DNA of 64,000 nt from Dudresnaya verticillata (taxonomy: Eukaryota): contig OZ374561.1 of the NCBI GenBank assembly GCA_977862235.1, positions 1,612,001 through 1,676,000 on the forward strand. Direction: 5' to 3'. Made by a program: the position numbers and the translations under genes. Below the pieces are notes generated by a model. That model worked only from the letters and a program-made list of their open reading frames with translations, searched no databases and had not been told where the DNA came from. This document shows positions 37,949 to 47,487 of the stretch, piece after piece. Positions within the stretch are counted from its first letter, which is position 1. Each line of letters starts with the position of its first letter.

Positions 37949-39765
37949 GTTTTAAGAAGGGGACCGTGTGGTGCAACGAGCGTTGATGCTGTGTAAGGAG
38001 CCACGTGGGCACGAGTCCTCTGTAAGGAATGGCAGGCGCACAACCGCCCGGGTAATATGGCTGGCTTACAGATTGATTTAATTGCTGAAGCGCTCCTGTG
38101 CTGTAAGGCAACACGTGTACAGCTTTAATCTGTAGGGCTCACTGCTCCAGGTGATATGGCACTATGCCATTTGGGGATTAACTATGACTGCATCATCGCG
38201 CCAGGCGCATTGCTGGTGGATGTTTGCACCGCGGCGCCTGACAGTGACGCCGCGCTCGCCTCGTGGCTTGACCACTCATTCCTATCTAAGGACGTATCAT
38301 AACTGTATTGTATAGTATTAGCTAAGTATTAGCATTAGAACTCTAACTGAGCGAGCAGCACCTTTTCGGCTCTCGCCGTATTTATGGGGCCCCTGAGTAG
38401 CAGGGGCCCGGCACTAAACTGTAGTGCCAGGGGGGGTCCCCCCTTTTCGCTTTCAAGCGGGTTGATATGCCGCGTCTACCGACGGACGGCCGCCAACGGC
38501 GCGCTCAACCCGCCCGCGGCGCAAACACGTCACCGACGCATGCCGCTGGCCGCACGGGCCAGAACGGCTCACTTCGGGTGCAGAACGCACACCCGAACCC
38601 GGGGCACTGTACGGCGCCATGCGTGCGCGCGTGGCGCAGTGGCGGGAACGTTCGCTGTAAGCGTGGCCCGGATCCGGATCCCACATCGGGATCAGGCATC
38701 GGGATTAAGAGGTGTAAGGCACGCACCTGTAAATCTGGCGCGTCCGCATTGCTGGCCCGGATCCGGATTGGATCGGGATTAGCGCGGATCGAGATCGCAC
38801 GCATCACAAGGCGCGTGCGGCTGGAAGGAAGTACATCCACGTGTAGGTGTAAGGAGTTGAATGGGGAAGCTACGCGTGATCTGTCAGGAGCGTGGCTGCA
38901 TGACGGACGGATCTGTCAGACGCGCCTCGGGACAACACGTGTCCCGAGTTCCCGCGCGGCGCGCACGCACACATCGCCGCCGGAAGGTAGTTCTATACTT
39001 AGTTGATCCGTCCCAGACGTTGAGGTAAACTCCCGGCAAGCCGGCCTTGGTCCAGACTTCCCCGTTCCGCACGCGCATACCCCCTCGCTACCGCTGCCTA
39101 CGGCCTAAGCGTCTACCTCCCGTGCTTCCACGTCCGTTACCGTCGCAGACGTGTCTTCCTTTGGGGTTTTCTTTGTTCCCTTTTTTTCCGCCTTGGGCGT
39201 TTACAGTCCGCCCCTGGCGAGTCCCCAGCTCTAATACCTACCGTCTCTAGACGCGCTACCCGCCGGACTCACGAACGGTCCGGAGGTGTCCGTCATCGAC
39301 GTTTGCACACATAAACCGCCAGCGGTCTGTGCCTTGGGTTTTTCCCTTTGTGGATACTTACGGTGCTACCGTAAACCCCTTTGGGCGTCTACAAGCCCCG
39401 TCGTCTACGACGAACTGCCCTACACGGCTGGGTTCGTCTTCCCTTTTCCCTTCTTCTTAGGGATTTAAGCCCTATCAAGTCTCTACCAAACTCCTTTACC
39501 GAGCTAGCATCTACACAGTGGAGTATCTTCTAAGACAGCTGTCTTGTTGTGTCATTGTCCTCTTTGACTTAGAAGTCATTATACTACAACAACCTCAAAG
39601 GGTTTCCGGTAAACGACTAGCGCCCGGACCTCGGACTCTTCGATAAACGCCTGTTTCTTCGAGTTCGGTGTCTTCGTCTTCGTGATCGCGGATACGGTCG
39701 AGCCTCGCTTTCGATAGCCCCGCGCACCCGGAGTCATCCCCGGTGATCGATCGCTCGAGTTCTCC
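37949..39765 (+). repeat. Putative PPT and 3' LTR of element C (LTR start 37967), probably interrupted by element B
   Basis: TTTAAGAAGGGGACCG|TGTGGTG mirrors the PPT-LTR junctions of A and B (TTTAAGGAGGG..|TGYGGTG); no second copy is available to confirm the end. Confidence 0.55.
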
Positions 39766-40440
39766 TGTGGTGAAGTGAGCCGTGGCGCACACGCGGCACG
39801 CCGACGGCGAGCCAACCGTAACGGATGATGTGGCAATACGCCACGCTGATGATCTGGCAACGTGTAACCGTGTCGGATGTCGTGCGCATTGCTGTACGCC
39901 GGTACGCATTGCTGTACAGCAGTGAAGCGCACCAACCATATCGGAGTATTTGTAGTATTTATTCTTTATTTTTAGTGAGTATCTGTACAGTATGTAGAGT
40001 AGTGCGCCAGCTAATGAGAATGCTGCGCATGTCCGTGTCGGAGATTGGGACCAGCAGGGCCGATTCCACCATGGGCCCAGACCACTAGGGTCTGGCCCCC
40101 ACGGACCGGATCGCTGCGTGCCACCCTGACTTGTATATCAGGGCGGCACCGCAGCGGCTCCTACGGTAAACGGGTAAGCAACCTTAGCCCAATCCTTTAC
40201 GGTTTTCCCCGCGCCGAGCCCGTTGCGGTCTACCACCACCACCGTTACGGAGTCCGTCCCGGCACTTGTACCACCCCCTTGTCTGTTGCTTCCCAATATC
40301 CGTCTCGGTTAGCCGCTCGCTGTTCTCCCGTCTCGGTGCGAACTGCTCTACCACCCCGTGGAGGTAGTGTTGCTCTCGTCCGTTAAGGAAAGTCAGGCCA
40401 GCTGTCCGTCTCGGAGTTCGTGGGTTTTCACTACACCACA
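39766..40440 (+). repeat. 5' LTR of element B
   Basis: TGTGGTG...CACCACA; matches 50471-51145. Confidence 0.97.
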
Positions 40441-40445
40441 TCTTT

Positions 40446-40463
40446 TGGTCTCCCGACCTAGAA
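40446..40463 (+). promoter_or_regulatory. Primer binding site of element B (TGGTCTCCCGACCTAGAA)
   Basis: Starts 5 nt after the 5' LTR; identical to A's PBS. Confidence 0.85.
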
Positions 40464-40588
40464 CACCGTCACGGTTGGAAGAAACAGCCATCGAAATCCC
40501 CTACGGTAGGAATTCGGCTGTACCGACAACCCGTTACGGAATATTGGATAGACAAGCAAGAACAACCGTTGTGTTCCGTTAAGGTATC

Positions 40589-43068
40589 ATGAAGAACGAA
40601 GAACACGCAGACCCTCCCGTTACGGAACCTAAAGCGGGTGACACTACCCCCGCTGCGCGCAGTCTGCGCAGTGAAGGAGGTGAAATCCGTTCCGGAGGGG
40701 AGAACCCAGAAGACATCCTAAAGGGTGCTGCTGGTAAAGCTCCCCGTTCCCGTGTCGGATCAGACGCCTCGAAGAAGGCAGCTCCGCAACCCAAGCCGGA
40801 ATCCCATCGGGTCCACTGGGTCCTGTCGGAGGTCCTTCCTAGGGTGTTAGAGCATCTCCGATTGGAAGTACAACCTGGAATGGTAAAAGAGGTGGAGATA
40901 TCCCTCTCGGAAACTGTTCCGTCTTTGGTTAATTCCTATCTGGAGCAGCACCTTCCTCGGATAGTGCAAGCTTTGATCCTACAGGAAAAGGTGGCCGCCG
41001 AGCTCGAGAGCCAGATTGCTCCCGGAATGGCAAGGCCTCCCGCTACGGAAGCTTTTACTGAGCAACCACCGTTACGGAATGAATTCCCGGTCGAGGGAAG
41101 AACGCAGCAGCCGCAATAACCCCCCGTTATGGGATTGCCACCGGGCACAGTACCCTCTGGGCCAGTGCCACCGGCTCCCGTGACGGATTCTCAACATCAA
41201 CAAGCCCCTACGGGACCAACACACACTCAGCCACCGTTACGGTATTCTCCTGGACACGTAGACATGCCTACGCCAGGGCGCTATCAGCAAGAGCGCTATA
41301 CCGTTCCGCTTCGATCAGGTGGAGGCAGCGACCATCTCAGCGATGCGTCCAGCTCACCCTATCCGAGTCGGAGGAACGGTCGAGGTCGGCATAAACGAGA
41401 TGCCCGACACTCCCGCTCTGACCCTCCCCGTCGGTCGCACATGGGCGACCACACCCAGCGACGACGCCACCAATCCGGTATGGAATCCAATGAGAGCAGC
41501 TCAGAGGATAGCCAACACCGCCGCCGCAAGAGGAGAAACCGAAGATCGCGGAAACGCGAAAAAAGGCATGACTCCTCTACCTTTACGGATTCAGACTCAG
41601 AGAGTTCTTCCGTAACGGATAGAGAGAATAGGCACCGGGCCAGAAAACACGGTGCCAAATCCGGAAAGGTTAAGGTAGTCCGGCCGCTACATGACAAGTT
41701 TCTCAAGGCGCTGGACTACCGCACCTACCGATTGGATAAGAGGAGTAAGACCTACGGCTCTAAGTTCTCACAGAACATGAGCCGTATACGGAAGAAACTC
41801 GACGTGCAGATGTCGTCCCATACATTCGATGGGACGGACCCTATTACCGTCTTGGGATTTCTCGCTAAGTTCCGTGACGGTTGTAACATCAACGGCATCA
41901 CCGAAGGGGTTGCCGTCTGGTGCTTCCAGTTTTTCCTTAAAGGACAGGCCGAAGCCCTTCTACAGGCTAGGCTTGCTGGAGGTACCATGGTGGTTGACGT
42001 GGAGCAGGCCGAGATGCTCCGCACATATTCCGAGGTGGTGAACTTTTTATTGAGAACCTACGCTACGGATGAAGTGATTACTGAAGCCTATACGGATGTC
42101 AGCAACTTCAGGCAAACATCCGCCATGACGGAAGAGCAGTACTCGAACCAGCTCTGGGCCAAGGCTCTCCGTTGCGGTACAGTATTTTCCGATCGGGCAT
42201 TGAAGTCACTGTTCGTTGAAGGACTCCTACCGGGTACTCGTCAACAGATGAGAAATTATCTAGCGACGCATTCCCAGTTGGATTACCAGGCCATCACTCG
42301 CTATGCGACTGGCCTGGGTCAGTCCCATCGGGCAGCTCGACGCCAAACCGTTCCGGCTCACGTCTTTGATGGGCGCACTAAAGCGCGCCCGTCTAAGGTG
42401 TTGTCGCTGGATTCCGTATCGGATGTACACTATGAGTCGCAAGGGAATATTTCCGCTACGGATAATCAAGTGATAGCCGTCGAGGGAGGCCACGGTGCCG
42501 CTACGGGTACGAGCACGGGGGTTACCTTTTCTACCCGTACTCCTCGCCCCCGCAAAGCGTCCACCCTACTCCGCCCAGGATGCCACGCGCACAAGGTCCC
42601 CCCTATGGTGGACCTCGCCCGGCTCCTGGCCCCCAACAGCAGCCGAGTCACCGTTACGGAAATAATGCCCACGATGGGCGAGGACAGCAGCAACAAGCAC
42701 CTCCGGTACGGGATGAGTCGGATCCTCGGGTCCGACGCCTTTACGGAAGTGGTAACTGTCGCATCTGCCTTTCGCCAGAGCACGTTGTTTGCCCATGGAT
42801 ACATGACTCCAATCGGGTTAGGCTTATGGAAGAGCGCGAGCGCAACTTCCAGAAGCACTACCCTGTAGGTCGCAGGTTCGTAGTAGGAACCAGTTCGAAT
42901 CCGCAAGGGAATCGGGGCAAACCGCAAACGCCCCCTCCGCAACGGAATGCCCCGATACTATCGGTGGAGGACCATGACGGAGTGGAACTCGCAGAATTGC
43001 GCGAGCCCATGGAGGCGGATCCGACTGGTGCAACCTTGAATTCGGAAAACTCAAGGGGGGATGCGTAA
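40589..43068 (+). pseudogene. gag: Element B gag (TAA at 41117-41119, frameshift near 42537)
   Basis: Homologous to A gag throughout; knuckle CRICLSPEHVVC. Confidence 0.9.
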
Positions 43069-46000
43069 GGGCGCCGCCATCCCCGCCTCACGGCGTTCCA
43101 CCTCTCGCGAGTGTGGACCGGCCAGGGGATCGGCGAGGTACCGTTACGGAACTCCCATTGGCTTATCAGACCAATGATACTATCTGCTTTATGCAACATC
43201 AAAATTACAAGATGCAAATTACCGTGGGACGGACAGATAGCGTGATGCTTCCTTTAATCTCCGTCTTGGACTCTGGCGCTGGGCCCAATCTCATTAGTGC
43301 CAGGCGCCTTCCGCGCCAATGGCTCCCACTCATACACCCAGCAACCAGTCCTCCATTACGGGATGCGTCTAATCGCGCTATACGCCCTCTTGGTCAGATC
43401 CAACTTTTCGTCCGTATCGGAGAGCTCCGTGCTCGCGTCCATTTTCTAGTGGTCGCGAACTTGGCGGCTCCCTGTATTTTGGGAACTACCTTCACCGACC
43501 GCTACGTGAAGGCAATCCTCCCACCGTTACGGAAAGTTGTTTTTCATCATTACCCACCGGTATCCCTTGTTGGTCAAGCCAAAAATCCGAAGACGGGTAA
43601 CGCCGCAACCCTACAGCCCTCATCTCTATCCGCCGCTACGGTTTCTCAGAAAATTCGTTTAGCAAAATCTACTCTTATTCCCCCTATGACTCAAACCACC
43701 GTAACGGTTAATACCCCCACGGGTGGGTTATGCTTTCTACAAAATCATCCTAAGCCGGCTTTTAAGCACCTTACGTTAATGGCTAATGGTATTATGGATG
43801 TTGTACCTAACAAACCGTTTCGGATCTGGGTCTCTAATTTTTCTAACAAGCCGGTACGGTTGCCCAAATCTACTGTCGTGGGCCTCGCTACTGCTGCCCC
43901 TTCTGCTATTTTTACCGTTGACGGTATACCTCCATTTAAGGAGGGGGGAGGAATTATTCAATCATTTAATTCTAACCCTACCTCCGAAAAGGCCAGCAGC
44001 ATCTCCCCTCAGGACAAGGAAGTAAGCAAACCCGTAACGGAAAATACAAATACTACCGACTGGAAGGATCAAGTCCAGATCGGCACAGAAGAAGCATCGC
44101 TCCGTAAACGGATTTTAACCCTACTCGAGGAATATAAGTCGATGTGGAGTGGCGATCTTGGCAACATTACAGCTGCCAAGCACCGCATCGAGTTAACTCC
44201 CGGAGCGAAGCCAGTATATCAAGCCCCATACCGTGCCGGACATAAGCAGCGAGATCTCGAAAAGACAGAGAATGATCGCATGCTTTCCGCTAAGGTAATT
44301 GAACCAGCCTCATCGGAGTGGGCCAGCCCCGTGGTGTTCGTTCCAAAAAAGGACGGCACCATGCGGTTCTGTGTTGACTATAGAAGGCTCAATTCCGTAA
44401 CGGTTAGGGACTCATATCCCTTACCCAGGATGGATGAGTGCATAGATTCCCTTGGGGAAGCTACTGTATTTACCACCCTGGATTGCAATAGCGGATATTG
44501 GCAAGTCGAGATTCCGGAAGAGGAAAGGGACAAAACTACCTTTACTAGTCATTTTGGCTTATACCGTTTTCGGAGAATGCCATTCGGATTGAAAAATGCA
44601 CCGGCAACCTTCCAACGGGCAGTGGATATAATCCTTTCTACGGTTAAATGGCAATTTGCCCTCGTCTACCTAGACGACGTAATTGTCTACTCAAAAACCG
44701 TTACGGAACATTTCCACCACCTGAAGGAAGTTCTTACGCTTTTACGATCCGCTGGGGTAACGTTGAAATTGTCAAAGTGTGACTTCTTCAACGCGTCTGT
44801 ACAATACCTAGGGCATGTTATCCGTCCCGGAAAATTAGAAGTGGATAATCGGAATATCCAATCCGTTAAGGTCGCGAAGCCGCCGACTAACCAAACGGAA
44901 TTGCGATCCTTCCTGGGAATGTGCAACGTGTATCGTCACTTTGTACCCAACTTCGCTCGGATTTCAGCACCGCTAAATAAGAAAACCGGCAAGGGTTCAC
45001 CCTTTGAGTTTGGAATATTATCCGATACGGAATATGAAGCCTTCGAGGAATTGAAGAGACGCCTTATCTCTCCACCTATATTGGCTCTACCCCGTCACGG
45101 ATATAAATATACGTTGGACACTGACGCATGTGACCACCAAGTCGGCTGTGTCCTTCTGCAGGAACAACCGAATGGCGATCACCTCCCTATTGGATATTGG
45201 AGCCGAAGCCTCACCGATGCGGAGAAAAATTATACGACAACCGAAAAGGAATGCTTAGCCGTGGTCTGGAGCATGTTAACACTCCGACCCTACCTTTACG
45301 GTGACAAGTTTATTCTCCGAACGGATCACGATGCCCTGCGGTGGATCCTGAACCTCGCAGACTCATCTGGTCGCCTAGCCAGGTGGAGGCTCCGCCCATC
45401 GGAATTTGAATTCGAGGTGCAATACCGTCCTGGAATTAAGCATCAGCTCGCCGATGGGATGTCGCGACTCCGAACGGGTGGCGGTGACGATAGACCTTTG
45501 GATGAAGAAATACCTTGCTTTGTCGCCGAAAACACCGTCGACGGATTATATGAGCATGGAGTATATTTAACCGATTGGGCCACCTCACAAGAAACCGCTA
45601 CGGAAAATAACGTAATATTCGCCGTGGAGCCCGCCAGTGGGAGTGCATCCGCCTCCCCCGACAAGCCCGACGCAATACCGTCACGGTTTACTGTAATCCA
45701 AGAATCCGACGTCAAGGATGAGACAATTACCAGGGAGGAGTTCCTCGAAGCGCAAGCCAGAGACTCTTTCTGTCGTCTCAAAGCCGATACGGTAGGCTCC
45801 CCTGGATCCCAGTTTGACAATGACCGTAACGGATTCTTGGTGCGCAAGTCCCAATTGGATGGTGCTCTGCAGAAGGTGGTGCCAAGCGAACTCCGTGGAC
45901 GGGTATTGTATTTATCCCACTACACCCTGATGTCGGGTCACCCAGGTGGAATTAAGATGTATTACACACTCCGACAGGATTATTATTGGCCTCATATGGC

Positions 46001-47387
46001 CAACGATGTATTTGAATCCGTTCGGACGTGTCGCTCCTGCGTGAAGACAAAGAGAACCCGCTTTCGGAACCAAAGATTTATGAAGCTTTTCCCCGCTAGC
46101 GGACCTTTGGAGTTTGTCGCTATCGACATTCTTGGACCACTTCCGAAGACAAAACGGGGTTATGTCTACGTTTTGGTAATAACCGATCGGTTCTCGAAGC
46201 TGACGCGCTGTATTCCGTTACGGACAACGACAGCCGTTGTGGTGGCTAACACCTTTCTGGACTTTTGGGTGTACGCCTACGGCGCACCCCAATTTGTCCT
46301 AACCGATAACGGACCGCAGTTTACTGCTAAGTTCTTCGACGCGGTATGTTCCTTACTCGGAGTCAGGCACCTGCTCACCGCTGCCTACCATCCGCAGACA
46401 AATGGGCAAGCTGAGCGATTTAATAAGACGATCGCTCAGCGTTTGCGCCATTACGTTGAGGATCATCACTCCGATTGGGATCTGTACCTGCAACCGTTGA
46501 CGTATGCGTACAACATGCAGGTACACCGTATGACGGAAACAATGCCATTTGATTTGGTACTGACACGCCACCCATTGGACATTGTTGTACGAGGGGCTCC
46601 TGTCGAGCATCAAGAAACCGTTACGGAAGGGCGTATGACCCCGGTGCTACATTAGCGGAGTACCATGCGCCGTTTACGGTATGCGCTCCAAACAGCGCGC
46701 ACGAAGCAAACAGTGGCTCAGCAAAAATCCAAGGCACTGTTTGACCGTAAGGTGCGCTTTAGGCCCATAATCCGTAACGGAGATCAAGTCTACGTCGACA
46801 GGCCGCGCCATAACTTGCGGCCTGCCGAACGCCGTGAACGGGACCGATTGGAAGGCAAGCCGGATGATGTAGGCGAGGTGGCTCAGGAAATGAAGAAACT
46901 CCTTCCGAGAGCCACGGGGCCTTACGAAGTGGAATCCGCAACGGAACATGTTGTTACAATCCGAAAGGAAGGGGTATTGATCCCCGTAAGTATTGATCGC
47001 ATCACGAAGGTCCCGATCGGAGTTGCGGTTCAGCCGGCACCCTTAACAGTGCCGCCTGTCACGCCATCAACCGTCTACGGAGAAGTAGTGCCACCTCCAG
47101 AAGGTACTACAGTAATACCTCCTTCTGAAGGTACTACTCCCTCCGCGACGGAACCACTACAAGCCGATACGGAATATGTGATCGACAAGATTGTCGGTCA
47201 CCGCGACGAACCTACTGGGATGACATACAAAGTCCGCTGGTATGGTTACCCTCCGGATCAGGACACTTTTGAGCCCGCGGAGGAGTTGCCGCAGAATTTC
47301 ATCTACCGATATTGGAAGCAAAAGAAAAAGACATCCGCTAAGGGTAAGCCACGGCGACGTGCTAATCCAACACGTCACTCACCGTAA
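43044..47387 (+). pseudogene. pol: Element B pol (PR-RT-RH-IN-chromodomain), single TAG at 46653-46655
   Basis: 1180-aa ORF plus an in-frame 240-aa ORF with all canonical motifs; the TAG aligns with a Lys in A. Confidence 0.95.
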
Positions 47388-47487
47388 CGGACAGTTGGGA
47401 TGCTGGGGTGTCAGAATACACAATGTTTATCGCAAGCTAAGATCGAGGCATAATGGAAACCGTTAAGGAGAGCGTCGCAACGGACCT

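Noticed and set aside
12072..47387. Alternative genetic code or programmed readthrough explaining the many in-frame stops
   Set aside because: TAA, TAG and TGA all occur, at non-homologous positions in A and B, and alongside frameshifts. This fits ordinary decay or sequence error.
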